Positions 38,677-47,862 of a DNA stretch of 64,000 nt are shown here, in pieces. Below the pieces are notes generated by a model that did not search any database, was not told the DNA's origin, and saw only the letters and a list, made by a program, of their open reading frames with translations. How positions within the stretch are numbered: position 1 is the first letter of the stretch; each line of letters opens with the position of its first letter. This stretch comes from Gammaproteobacteria bacterium (lineage in GTDB: Bacteria; Pseudomonadota; Gammaproteobacteria; GCA-001735895): positions 609 to 64,608 of the forward strand of contig JBNKPX010000004.1 of the NCBI GenBank assembly GCA_050295575.1. Reading direction: 5' to 3'. A program made the position numbers and the translations under genes.

Positions 38677-39741
38677 ATGACGAAATCCATACATATTATT
38701 GGCAGCCGTTCGCTGGGCGGAGCCGAAAGTTTTTATATGCGCCTGATCAAGGCGTTACAACAATCAGGTGATCAAAGCATCGCGATTAATCGTCCACATA
38801 GCCTGGTTGCGCAAGAGCTTCCAGACAGTGTGCCTCAATATCATTGCAAGATGAGAAGCCAGTGGGATTTTTTATCACGTATGGCTATCAGTAAGGTCAT
38901 TAAGCAGGAGAAGCCAGATATCGTACAAACCTATATGACTCGGGCAACGATACTTACCCATGTCCCATCGGGTAAAGGTCCTGTACATATCGCCAGGTTG
39001 GGCGGCTATTACAATATCAACAGGTTTCAGCACGCTCATGCCTGGGTTGGTAATACTAAAGGGATTTGTGATTATCTCATTGAGTACGGATTACCTTCGA
39101 ATAAGGTTTTTTATATCGGTAATTTTGTTGGTGAAGTAAAGTCACCAGAGCAGAGTAAAATCAGCTCGCTTCGGCAACAATATGGCATTGATGCTGATGC
39201 ATTGGTGATTTTTGCATTGGGGAGATTGGTATATAAAAAAGGATTTGATACGCTGATTCATGCTTTTGACCAATTACCCAGAGAGATTAATACTCGTCCA
39301 TTACATCTAATCATTGCTGGTGATGGGCCGATGTCTGATGATTTACTCTCAAAAACTCAAGAATTAACAAGTAGAGATCGAATTCACTGGGCTGGGTGGC
39401 AGACTGATGCGAGTCATTATTTTCATACGGCAGATTTGTTTGTCTGTCCGTCTCGTGAAGAGCCGCTAGGGAATGTTATTCTCGAAGGTTGGGCTTATGG
39501 TAAGGCTGTGGTCTCAACTAGCAGTATGGGTGGACAGGAGTTAATTACCGATAATCAGGATGGTTTATTAGTCCCCATTGATCATTCGGCTGAGATGGCA
39601 ACAGCAATAAAAAGGGTGCTAGAGGATGATTCGTTTCGAGAGTCTATAGCTCAGCAAGGAACTGCTAGAGTAAATACTGAATTTACTCAGCAAGTCATCG
39701 TGTCACAATATCAGGATTTATATCAACAGTTACTGGGGTAA
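38677..39741 (+). CDS. Glycosyltransferase (GT4 / GT-B fold)
   Basis: The E-x7-E region EPLGNVILEGWAYGKAVVSTSSMGGQELI, and 354 aa. Confidence 0.85.
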   Translation: MTKSIHIIGSRSLGGAESFYMRLIKALQQSGDQSIAINRPHSLVAQELPDSVPQYHCKMRSQWDFLSRMAISKVIKQEKPDIVQTYMTRATILTHVPSGKGPVHIARLGGYYNINRFQHAHAWVGNTKGICDYLIEYGLPSNKVFYIGNFVGEVKSPEQSKISSLRQQYGIDADALVIFALGRLVYKKGFDTLIHAFDQLPREINTRPLHLIIAGDGPMSDDLLSKTQELTSRDRIHWAGWQTDASHYFHTADLFVCPSREEPLGNVILEGWAYGKAVVSTSSMGGQELITDNQDGLLVPIDHSAEMATAIKRVLEDDSFRESIAQQGTARVNTEFTQQVIVSQYQDLYQQLLG

Positions 39742-39919
39742 TTCACTCATTTTTCAGAAGCTATTTGACTAGAGGATAATCTTCTAAAGATTTAACTGTT
39801 TCGGGTAAGCGTTGGGTGGGTGCTAGCGCCAAGTTGAAAAATATTAAACTTGATTAATTAACATATGTTAATTATTATTCGGGAGCTTAATCTACTTAAG
39901 TTGATGGATTTGTTTATTG

Positions 39920-39947
39920 CCGTAGTGCTTGCACTACGGTTTTTTTT
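39920..39947 (+). terminator. Rho-independent terminator (plus-strand orientation)
   Basis: ccgtagtgc-tt-gcactacgg followed by T8. Confidence 0.65.
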
Positions 39948-40230
39948 ATCCATAAAGCATAAAAGTTAGTACAATTGCTGCTATCAAGCCCAGAATTATG
40001 ATGATCCAGTCCGAAGAAGAGTAGGACTTGTTGGTGGATAGCTCTCCAGTATCCTGATGGATTTGCATAAAATTTCTTAGTTCCTCATGCGTCACACTTC
40101 CCTGTAAAGCAATTTTTTTTAATACCTGAGACCTGACCTCTAGATATTGAGCCCGGGTTAATAAGCCATTGCTGTAACTTTTGACAAGTAGACGTAAGGG
40201 GCTGGTTGTGTTGTCAAGCTGCTCATGCAT
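39946..40230 (-). CDS. Small C-terminally anchored membrane protein, last gene of the phosphatase-kinase operon
   Basis: The start lies 1 nt after the kinase stop. C-terminal TM helix WIIIILGLIAAIVLTFMLYG. The N-terminal motif SYSNGLLTRAQYLEV recurs in the kinase N-terminus. Confidence 0.6.
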   Translation of the reverse strand: MHEQLDNTTSPLRLLVKSYSNGLLTRAQYLEVRSQVLKKIALQGSVTHEELRNFMQIHQDTGELSTNKSYSSSDWIIIILGLIAAIVLTFMLYG

Positions 40231-40231
40231 G

Positions 40232-42253
40232 TCAGTTGCTGTTCTGTGCGTTAATTTGCTTGTTCAGACTCTGCAGGCGTGGATGGTCAGGGAAGAATCT
40301 AAGGCCTGTTTGTATGTACTCGGTTGCCTTGACAAAATCACTTTTTGCCAGACTTCTTTCGGCTTCTGACAGGTATAGCTCCGCAAGCTTCGGGTCTTTC
40401 AGTAGATAATGTTTGGGGTCAACGCGTTTCAGCAGAGGAAGCACCGTGGTCAAGTCTTCACCAGTTTCAGATTTGGTTAATAGTTTATTCTTTACATAAA
40501 GGTTATACAGGGCAATCAGGCTGCTCATCAGGCGGTCTTTCTGTTCCTTGATATTATCCTCGGTAGTCGATAGAGCAACAGAGTCGGGATAATGATGTTT
40601 CGCCTGGTTAAGCAGGCTGATTGCCTGAGGATAATCATACAGGCCTTCCTTGGGTCTAAATACAGTTTTAATTCTGTCCTGATAGAAGGTAATGATCTCA
40701 CGTCTGAGGCCAACAGATAAAATTTGTTGGTGCTCTGGACTCATTTGCTCCAGGCCCCAGATGGTTTCTATCATTAAGGCTTTATCACCATTTTTGATGC
40801 GTTCAATCTTTTCGTATATAGACTGTTCCTCACGAAATGTCATCAGTGGTTCATATCCTGCACCTGCACCAATGATTGAAAGAAAGAGCGCTCCTAGTAT
40901 GATTTGTTTACTGTGAGATTTTCTTAGGCGTATGCCCTCCTGAAATTTTTCTACGGAAGGGATCCTGTCTTCTCTGTTCACTGATAGTGCTTTAACCAGA
41001 GTACGCTGCTGGCGACGATCCAGACCTTTTATAGGTTTTGGCTTTATACCAAGCTCCTTGATCTTGGGAGAAGCGACTTTATTATAAGGGTGCTTCCCTC
41101 CTGCAAGTAACTGATAGGCAACACAGGCCAGACCATAGATATCATCTCTCGGGTCGGGGCTCATACCTGCAAACATTTCAGGTGTAGCATAGGCTGGGGT
41201 AACCGCACTTAGTTTGCCGGGGTCAAACATGGTTTGTTCTTTTTCTTCTCCGGCAATAGTGCCTGCACGTGCGATACCAAAATCTAGTAATTTGACACTG
41301 CCATCGTTAAGCAAAAAGCAGTTGCCCGGCTTGAAATCTGAATGGATCAGATTTTTCTCGTGTGCATAAGCCAGTCCCAGACAAAGTTGGTCAATAATGT
41401 GTAGTGCCTGTTCTATTTTCAGGGGTTTCTTTGTGAGATCCTTAATCAGTCGATTTAACGGTTTACCCTGCAGATATTCCATCGTCATAAAGACGGTATC
41501 ACCATCACGGTCAAAATCGTAAACCGTAGCAATATTGGGGTGTGCAAGACGTTGCGCCTTACTGGCTTCTCGTTGCAGGGCTATAAATGAACCAGAATAC
41601 TTTTTAAATGCATCGGTTAGTACCTTTATTGCGACATAGGGATCCTTGTCTTTGGCTTCTACTTTGAGTAGATCCTTAGCCTTGAATACGACGCCCATAC
41701 CTCCCTGGCCAAGTCTTTCGAGTAAAACGAAACGGTTTTTTAAAGTGACCCCGGGCCCCAGATTTTCATGTTTAACAGGAGTCTGAGGGTAAGTGGGAGA
41801 GGTATTCGTTGGCTGACTAGCTGATATGTCTGGGTCGATACTGAAATCGCCAGTGATATCCAGGGTTTCTGGAGGTGTAGCCCGACTTACAGGCATTGCG
41901 GTATCGGTCCGAATTATTACGGTTTGGTCGGCACTAGCGTCACCTGCTACATAGGAATCTGGTAAATCAGTTAGATGTAGTGTTTTATCTTCATTAAAGT
42001 AGGATAAATCGGTAGATGCCTGACTGTTGGATAAGGTAGCCTGTATACTTAGCTGAGATACGGTTTCTGAGAGAAATTTGAATTGTTCATCATTAATCCT
42101 ATTCTGAGTGTAAAGCTGCTTAAGATAGGTAAGAGTTTGCGGGCTACTACTATGAGAAGCATGGAAAATGGAAGTTAGACCTTCTTCCATGTCTTTTCGA
42201 CTTAATGTACCTGTCAGGAAGTCATTAATGATTGATTCACAAATTTCAGACAT
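40232..42253 (-). CDS. Hanks-type Ser/Thr protein kinase with a TM helix and a periplasmic TPR-like domain
   Basis: LGQGGMGVVFKA...VAIKVL, HSDFKPGN, DFGIA, TM helix IILGALFLSIIGAGAG, and a helical-repeat C-terminus. Confidence 0.9.
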   Translation of the reverse strand: MSEICESIINDFLTGTLSRKDMEEGLTSIFHASHSSSPQTLTYLKQLYTQNRINDEQFKFLSETVSQLSIQATLSNSQASTDLSYFNEDKTLHLTDLPDSYVAGDASADQTVIIRTDTAMPVSRATPPETLDITGDFSIDPDISASQPTNTSPTYPQTPVKHENLGPGVTLKNRFVLLERLGQGGMGVVFKAKDLLKVEAKDKDPYVAIKVLTDAFKKYSGSFIALQREASKAQRLAHPNIATVYDFDRDGDTVFMTMEYLQGKPLNRLIKDLTKKPLKIEQALHIIDQLCLGLAYAHEKNLIHSDFKPGNCFLLNDGSVKLLDFGIARAGTIAGEEKEQTMFDPGKLSAVTPAYATPEMFAGMSPDPRDDIYGLACVAYQLLAGGKHPYNKVASPKIKELGIKPKPIKGLDRRQQRTLVKALSVNREDRIPSVEKFQEGIRLRKSHSKQIILGALFLSIIGAGAGYEPLMTFREEQSIYEKIERIKNGDKALMIETIWGLEQMSPEHQQILSVGLRREIITFYQDRIKTVFRPKEGLYDYPQAISLLNQAKHHYPDSVALSTTEDNIKEQKDRLMSSLIALYNLYVKNKLLTKSETGEDLTTVLPLLKRVDPKHYLLKDPKLAELYLSEAERSLAKSDFVKATEYIQTGLRFFPDHPRLQSLNKQINAQNSN

Positions 42254-43076
42254 CTTTTTCTTCGATCTTCGCTTTTACCAGCACTACCGTGCAATTATCA
42301 CTGCCGCCCATCTCCAGAGCTGCATCTATCAACTGTTGATTGGTTTGTTCAAGAGTTGATTCTACATTATCCAGAATCTGTATAATTTTCTCATCGCTTA
42401 AGTCTTTATAAAGGCCATCTGAACAGAGTAAAAATAGATCGTTATTGTGAATTTCATAATAATCCATGTCGACGATAAGCTCAGCTTCGATTCCTACAGC
42501 ATTTAACACGACATTTGCTGCGGGGTGAGATTCAGCCTGCGAAGCATCAATCTTACCCATCCTGACCAGTTCTTCAACAAAACTATGGTCTTCTGTTAAA
42601 CGTTGAAGTTTTTTTTCACGGTATCGGTAGACTCTACTGTCACCTGCCCACAGTACGAATGCAAGGTTTTTCCAGTTGAACATGCAGGCAACAGTGCTAC
42701 CAATGGTGGACTGTTTACCGATCTTGAGTGCTTTTTGCTGAATAAGCTCATTACTGTGTATTAGATTTTCTTCAAGTAGCAGGATTGAAGCATCTAGCGT
42801 GGGTTGCTTAATAAATTTATTCGCTTGTTGGGTAATAGTAGAACTGGCGAAGTCACCCGAGTCATGGCCGCCCATACCATCGGCAACCATCCAGAGACTT
42901 TGTTCAGGAAGGCAGCTAAAGCTATCCTCATTACGAGTCCTGACCAGTCCGGTATGAGTGAGGCCAGAATACGAAAAGCTAAAACTGGCTCGATCCGGAG
43001 ATTTATGGTTATACAGTGACAAATTATGCCTAAATATTATTAAGTTATCCTGCCTAAATAATATCATGCCTGACAA
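42246..43076 (-). CDS. PP2C-family Ser/Thr phosphatase
   Basis: RTRNEDSF, MVADGMGGHDSGDFAS and GGSDNCTVVLV. Overlaps the kinase start by 8 nt. Confidence 0.9.
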   Translation of the reverse strand: MSGMILFRQDNLIIFRHNLSLYNHKSPDRASFSFSYSGLTHTGLVRTRNEDSFSCLPEQSLWMVADGMGGHDSGDFASSTITQQANKFIKQPTLDASILLLEENLIHSNELIQQKALKIGKQSTIGSTVACMFNWKNLAFVLWAGDSRVYRYREKKLQRLTEDHSFVEELVRMGKIDASQAESHPAANVVLNAVGIEAELIVDMDYYEIHNNDLFLLCSDGLYKDLSDEKIIQILDNVESTLEQTNQQLIDAALEMGGSDNCTVVLVKAKIEEKDV

Positions 43077-43173
43077 GAAAACGAGTTAAAAAAATGGAGA
43101 ACCAGGTTTTCTGTAGAAAGAATACTAATCCTTACTATACTCATCCAAACAATCAATAAATTCTGGAGGTTAC

Positions 43174-43872
43174 ATGAAGATTGCAGCAACTATTGCCGGG
43201 CTGGGATTATTAGCAACGACATCTGTACAGGCGTATGATTTTGGTGTAGGTGTAAAAGCGGGTACTGTCGGTTACGGAGCCGATATTAGTGTCGCGTTGA
43301 CTCAAACCATTAATGCTCGATTAAGTTTGACTAGTATTAATATTGATGACCTAAACGAATCTATTACGATTGGTGACAGTGTCAATGAAGGAACTGTTGA
43401 TACGACGATGAAATTAGATTTTGGTGCTAACGCATTGTTATTTGACTGGTATGTCTTCGATGGAACCTTTCATGTAACGGGCGGTATGATGAAAAATAAT
43501 GGGAAGGTAAGCTTCTCAGGTATTTTACAGGATTCAGTGACGATCAATGGACAAGATTTCGATGCTTCTGATATCGATGGTGCTATTAGTGGCAGTGTCA
43601 GTTTAGGTGACTCTTATCAACCCTATCTGGGGATTGGATGGGGACGAAAGGCTAGTAATGATCCAGGTCTATCACTCTCAGTCGAAGTAGGAGTTGCATT
43701 ACTTGACCCTAAAGCAAACCTTTCCGCCACTGTAAATAGCACAGGTACTAATACTTTGAGTCAATCTGAATTGGATGCAAGAATTAATGATGCTGAGAAA
43801 GATATAAATTCAGAATTATCCGTTTTTGAAGCCTGGCCAGTACTGTCCATCGGCTTAAATTACGCATTCTGA
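43174..43872 (+). CDS. Small outer-membrane beta-barrel protein
   Basis: Signal peptide ending VQA-YD, Gly and aromatic strands, and a C-terminal LSIGLNYAF. Confidence 0.7.
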   Translation: MKIAATIAGLGLLATTSVQAYDFGVGVKAGTVGYGADISVALTQTINARLSLTSINIDDLNESITIGDSVNEGTVDTTMKLDFGANALLFDWYVFDGTFHVTGGMMKNNGKVSFSGILQDSVTINGQDFDASDIDGAISGSVSLGDSYQPYLGIGWGRKASNDPGLSLSVEVGVALLDPKANLSATVNSTGTNTLSQSELDARINDAEKDINSELSVFEAWPVLSIGLNYAF

Positions 43873-43895
43873 TTCATATAAAAAAATGCTAATAT

Positions 43896-43925
43896 AGCGG
43901 CTGTTTTAATCAGCCGCTTTTTTTT
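43896..43925 (+). terminator. Rho-independent terminator
   Basis: agcggctg-ttttaat-cagccgct followed by T8. Confidence 0.8.
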
Positions 43926-43936
43926 GAGTTTAAGAT

Positions 43937-44215
43937 ATGTCTAGATTGGTAATGTGTAGTGTTTTAAAGCGTGAAGCCCCAGCGCTGGATCGGGTTCCTT
44001 ATCCTGGTGATTTAGGACAGAGAATCTTTAATTCTGTTTCTGCAGAAGGCTGGCAGCAATGGATAACACAGCAAACCATGATCATCAATGAAAATGGACT
44101 GTCGACCATGGATCCAACCAGTCTTCAATTACTGGAAAAGCACATGATCAGTTTTCTGTTTGGGGAAGGTGAGCTGGCAAATCAACCTTTCAAGCCACCT
44201 GCAGCTAAAAAGTAG
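43937..44215 (+). CDS. yggX: Fe(2+)-trafficking / oxidative-damage protection protein YggX
   Basis: MSRLVMCSVLKREAP...YPGDLGQRIFN...W..W...QTMIINE parallels E. coli YggX. Confidence 0.9.
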   Translation: MSRLVMCSVLKREAPALDRVPYPGDLGQRIFNSVSAEGWQQWITQQTMIINENGLSTMDPTSLQLLEKHMISFLFGEGELANQPFKPPAAKK

Positions 44216-44229
44216 TTAACACACCCTGT

Positions 44230-45489
44230 TTATCTGACGCTCAGATCCCATTTCTCGCTGGTGATGAAGTTAAGTGCTTGATGGGATTGTTTGAGTGCGT
44301 TAAAAGTAGCGTCAAAATCAGGTGCCTGAGCAAAGATGAAACCCAGGTAACTAGATCCTCTGGGTAGAGGAATCAATTCGTAACCCGGCTGGATATGAAT
44401 TTCGACACTACTGATATATTTGATCTGTTGCGCTTTGGTCAGGCCTTCAACTCGCTTTAATACCCCTTTATTCTGTATTGGTATCATCAGGACACCGGCG
44501 TAAAGCTGTGTACGCTCGATCTCTACAAGCGGTTCGCAAGCTAATTTTATTATGATTTCTTCAAGCTTTACGCCTAGTACATACTCGATGGTTTGTGCGC
44601 ATTGCCCACCGATCGTCCTGGAAGCCATTTCTATTAAATAAGGCCCCGTCTCAGTAATTCTTACCTCAGCATGAATCGGCCCGTGAATTAGTCCATAGGC
44701 ATCACAACAGTTTTCAATTTCTCCGATAATCTGTTGTTGTGTGTGATCGGGCAGAATACTGGGCGTTATGTAGTAACTCTCTTCAAAGTAGGGGCCATTC
44801 AAGGGCTCCGGTTTGTCAAACATTGCCAGTGGGATGATTCGACCCTCTTTTACAAAACCGTCAAAAGCAATTTCTTTCCCAGCAAGAAATGACTCAACCA
44901 TAAAATGGGTTTTCTCGAACTCAGTTCCATTTTCATGCAGTAAAATCTGTCTAATGGTTTCGGCGGCCTGGGTAAATTCAATGACGCTATCGGCCCTGAT
45001 CACACCGCGACTTCCCGACAGCATTAATGGTTTAAGGACAACCGGGTAGGTCTGGTTTTGTGCAACTGTTTCTACATTTGAAAATGGGTAAACCTGAAAC
45101 TCAGGTACATTACAGCCGTGTTGTTTGAGACATTCTCTAGCCAGATCCTTACGGTAGGTAAGTAGGGATGACTGAGGGTCATTGTGGGGCAGCTTGAGGG
45201 CATGTGCAATGCGACTGGCAATGGTGGCAACAGAGTCATCGGTAGCTATTACCGTTTTAATATCGAGCGTTTTGGCCGCGTTCAGGACAGTTTGAATCGC
45301 TGTTTCGGGCTGTGAAAAATCTACAGTAATTCCGCTTGCGATGTGAGAGATTAAAGAATGTTTACTGTTGGAAACGACCAGCAGTTGATAATTTAACTGT
45401 TGTACTGCATTGATATAGCTAGCTACACGGTAACTTAATGCAGGTGCAATTAATAAAACAAACCCTGAGTGTGAGTCAGGGCCTGTCAT
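44230..45489 (-). CDS. ATP-grasp domain protein (carboxylate-amine ligase-like)
   Basis: YPVVLKPLMLSGSRGV, the FMVESFLAGKEIAFDG pattern, and IEMASRTIGG. 419 aa. Confidence 0.7.
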   Translation of the reverse strand: MTGPDSHSGFVLLIAPALSYRVASYINAVQQLNYQLLVVSNSKHSLISHIASGITVDFSQPETAIQTVLNAAKTLDIKTVIATDDSVATIASRIAHALKLPHNDPQSSLLTYRKDLARECLKQHGCNVPEFQVYPFSNVETVAQNQTYPVVLKPLMLSGSRGVIRADSVIEFTQAAETIRQILLHENGTEFEKTHFMVESFLAGKEIAFDGFVKEGRIIPLAMFDKPEPLNGPYFEESYYITPSILPDHTQQQIIGEIENCCDAYGLIHGPIHAEVRITETGPYLIEMASRTIGGQCAQTIEYVLGVKLEEIIIKLACEPLVEIERTQLYAGVLMIPIQNKGVLKRVEGLTKAQQIKYISSVEIHIQPGYELIPLPRGSSYLGFIFAQAPDFDATFNALKQSHQALNFITSEKWDLSVR

Positions 45490-45528
45490 AGAAGAGTTTA
45501 TTGGTGAAAACCTGGGCGGTATTCGTAA

Positions 45529-45966
45529 TCAGGCGCAACCGCCGCCAGCAGCGCCACAGGAACCACAGGTACCTGAGCCTCCAGTTTCGGCGAATACATT
45601 ATTGAATACAAAACGCTCGCGTCCCACTTCTTCGATATAGTCGATTTGAGCACCACGCAGATAGTTAAGTGCGACTACATCAACCATTACCTTGAAGCCA
45701 TCAAATTCCTGAACGGTATCAAATTCGCTAATCTCATCAGTAAAGGTCATACCATAAGACATGCCGCCACAACCGCCGCCACCGACGTATATACGGATGC
45801 CTGCGACATCATCTTCAGATTGACCCACAATTTCAGCCAGTTTGGATTGAGCTGATGCCGTCACTTCAAGATCGCTAGCGGTCAATTGAGAACTGAATAT
45901 ATCCGAACTAGAGGCTTCGGATGCATTGCTTGCTGCTGGTGGGGTATAGATTCCAACTTCTGACAT
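45529..45966 (-). CDS. IscA/HesB/ErpA-family iron-sulfur cluster insertion protein with an atypical Cys/Gly-rich C-terminus
   Basis: IRIYVGGGGCGGMSYGMTF matches the ErpA-like core. The C-terminus GGSGTCGSCGAAGGGCA replaces the usual CGCG.SF. There is an N-terminal Ser-rich extension. Confidence 0.8.
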   Translation of the reverse strand: MSEVGIYTPPAASNASEASSSDIFSSQLTASDLEVTASAQSKLAEIVGQSEDDVAGIRIYVGGGGCGGMSYGMTFTDEISEFDTVQEFDGFKVMVDVVALNYLRGAQIDYIEEVGRERFVFNNVFAETGGSGTCGSCGAAGGGCA

Positions 45967-46236
45967 AATAATTTACCTAACTCTATGTGTTTGAACGGAT
46001 ATTAGCATCTTTACAGGGGTATATTGTATCGGAAATTTGTATCAATATTCCCTGAAAACTGTAGTGGTAGTATATGTTGGGTTGAAATTAGTCATTTCAA
46101 GCATTGTCTATGGACAGCGCTATAGTGCAATGGCCTGATCTGTTTTACAATACGGCGCATTCTCATTCGCGGCCACAGCTACTTTTAACAGTATTGATGT
46201 GGCCACCTGCTTACCAGAATTAATTGATACGATAAT

Positions 46237-46740
46237 ATGAAATGCCCTTTTTGCGGCACACCGGATACCCGTGTAGTCGACTCGCGCCTGGCGCATGAAT
46301 CCAACCAGGTTCGAAGACGACGCGAATGTGTTTCCTGTGAAGCGCGCTTTACCACCTATGAATCACCCATGTTGAATATGCCTATGGTGATCAAGAATGA
46401 TGGCAGCCGCGATACCTTTGATGAGCAAAGAGTGCGTAATGGTATGCTGCGCGCGCTGGAAAAACGTCCGGTTTCAGCAGAACAGATTGAAGATGCGATG
46501 AGCCATATTAAACGACAGCTTGCCGCTCTTGATGCCCGAGAAATCGCTTCGCGCAAGATTGGTGAGTTGGTTATGCATGAATTACAGGCACTGGATCATG
46601 TCGCTTATATCCGATTTGCTTCGGTATATTTAAGCTTCGAGGACATTACTGCATTTGAAGAAGTGATACAAAGACTGGCTGCTGAGCCCACACCGGAGAT
46701 GCAAAAACGCCAGGTTCCGTTAATCGACGATAGCGATTAA
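46237..46740 (+). CDS. nrdR: Transcriptional repressor NrdR
   Basis: MKCPFCGTPDTRVVDSR zinc ribbon and an ATP-cone domain. Confidence 0.95.
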   Translation: MKCPFCGTPDTRVVDSRLAHESNQVRRRRECVSCEARFTTYESPMLNMPMVIKNDGSRDTFDEQRVRNGMLRALEKRPVSAEQIEDAMSHIKRQLAALDAREIASRKIGELVMHELQALDHVAYIRFASVYLSFEDITAFEEVIQRLAAEPTPEMQKRQVPLIDDSD

Positions 46741-46746
46741 TAATTC

Positions 46747-47862
46747 ATGATTCAAAAATACCCACATGAATACTGGATGGCCAAAGCGATTCAGCAAGCT
46801 GAAAAAGGGCGTTATTCAACGCATCCTAACCCGCGAGTTGGCTGTGTAATCGTTAAAGATGATTGCTTAGTCGCCAGTGGTTTTCATGAATACGCCGGTG
46901 GTCCGCATGCGGAGATTAATGCGCTGTCACAGCTAAAAGGGCAGGCGCAGGGTTGTACCGTGTATGTGACTCTGGAGCCCTGTTCGCATAGTGGAAAAAC
47001 CCCGCCCTGCGCCGAAGCGCTAATCAAAGCACAGCCTGATATGGTTGTGTTAGCTATGCAGGATCCTAATCCCTTAGTGGCTGGAGATGGCATAAAGCGA
47101 TTACAACAGGCCTGGATTGAGGTCATAACCGGGGTGATGCAGCAACAGGCTATGCAGCTTAATCGAGGTTTTATCAAACGCATGCTGCACCAGCGACCCT
47201 GGCTACGAGTTAAGATGGCTTCTAGTCTGGACGGCAGAACAGCCCTGTCCAATGGGGTCAGTCAGTGGATTACGGGAGCTGAGGCCCGTAACGATGTACA
47301 ACTGCTGCGCGCTCAAAGTTCGGCAATTTTATCTACAGCTGAGACAGTCATTGCAGATGATGCCTCGCTGAATGTCCGTCTGGATAAACATTTGCTCAAT
47401 CAGGATATTGATGTTCGACAACCCATCCGCATTATTCTCGATAGCAGCTTGAGTTTAAGCGGTAAAGAGAGCCTGTTTTCGATCCAGTCACCCATCTGGG
47501 TAATTACCACCGAGCGCGATCAGTCTGAGCGTTTTGCTAAATTTCCTCATGTACAGGTATTTGAGACTATTGAGGATGATCAGGGCAGGATCAATTTACC
47601 GGTATTGATGGGGTTACTGGCTCAGCAGGAAATTAACGAGATCCATACGGAATGTGGGGCTGCACTGGCGGGTGCATTGTTTAAGCAGGGACTGGTCGAT
47701 GAATTGATTTTATATATGGCTCCCAGTCTACTGGGGAATAGCGCCCGGGGACTGTTTGATCTGGATGAAATCAGTATCATGTCGGACAAATTGAAATTAC
47801 ACATTCAGGATGTACGCCAGATTGGCGATGACATCAAACTAACTGCAATTCCGGAGAGCTAA
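46747..47862 (+). CDS. ribD: Bifunctional riboflavin biosynthesis deaminase/reductase RibD
   Basis: HAEINAL and PCSHSGKTPPC deaminase zinc site, followed by a reductase domain. Confidence 0.95.
   Translation: MIQKYPHEYWMAKAIQQAEKGRYSTHPNPRVGCVIVKDDCLVASGFHEYAGGPHAEINALSQLKGQAQGCTVYVTLEPCSHSGKTPPCAEALIKAQPDMVVLAMQDPNPLVAGDGIKRLQQAWIEVITGVMQQQAMQLNRGFIKRMLHQRPWLRVKMASSLDGRTALSNGVSQWITGAEARNDVQLLRAQSSAILSTAETVIADDASLNVRLDKHLLNQDIDVRQPIRIILDSSLSLSGKESLFSIQSPIWVITTERDQSERFAKFPHVQVFETIEDDQGRINLPVLMGLLAQQEINEIHTECGAALAGALFKQGLVDELILYMAPSLLGNSARGLFDLDEISIMSDKLKLHIQDVRQIGDDIKLTAIPES

Noticed and set aside
39946-43076. Type VI secretion regulatory module (PpkA/PppA/Fha) as the identity of the kinase-phosphatase operon.
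   Set aside because: No T6SS structural genes (tss, hcp, vgrG) occur in the window, and the only FHA protein is a distant nucleotide cyclase.
45967-46236. FMN (RFN) riboswitch upstream of the nrdR-rib operon, or in front of ribB.
   Set aside because: The conserved RFN core stretches I remember (GGGCGGGG...CCGACGG...) are absent. The ribE-ribB gap is only 25 nt.
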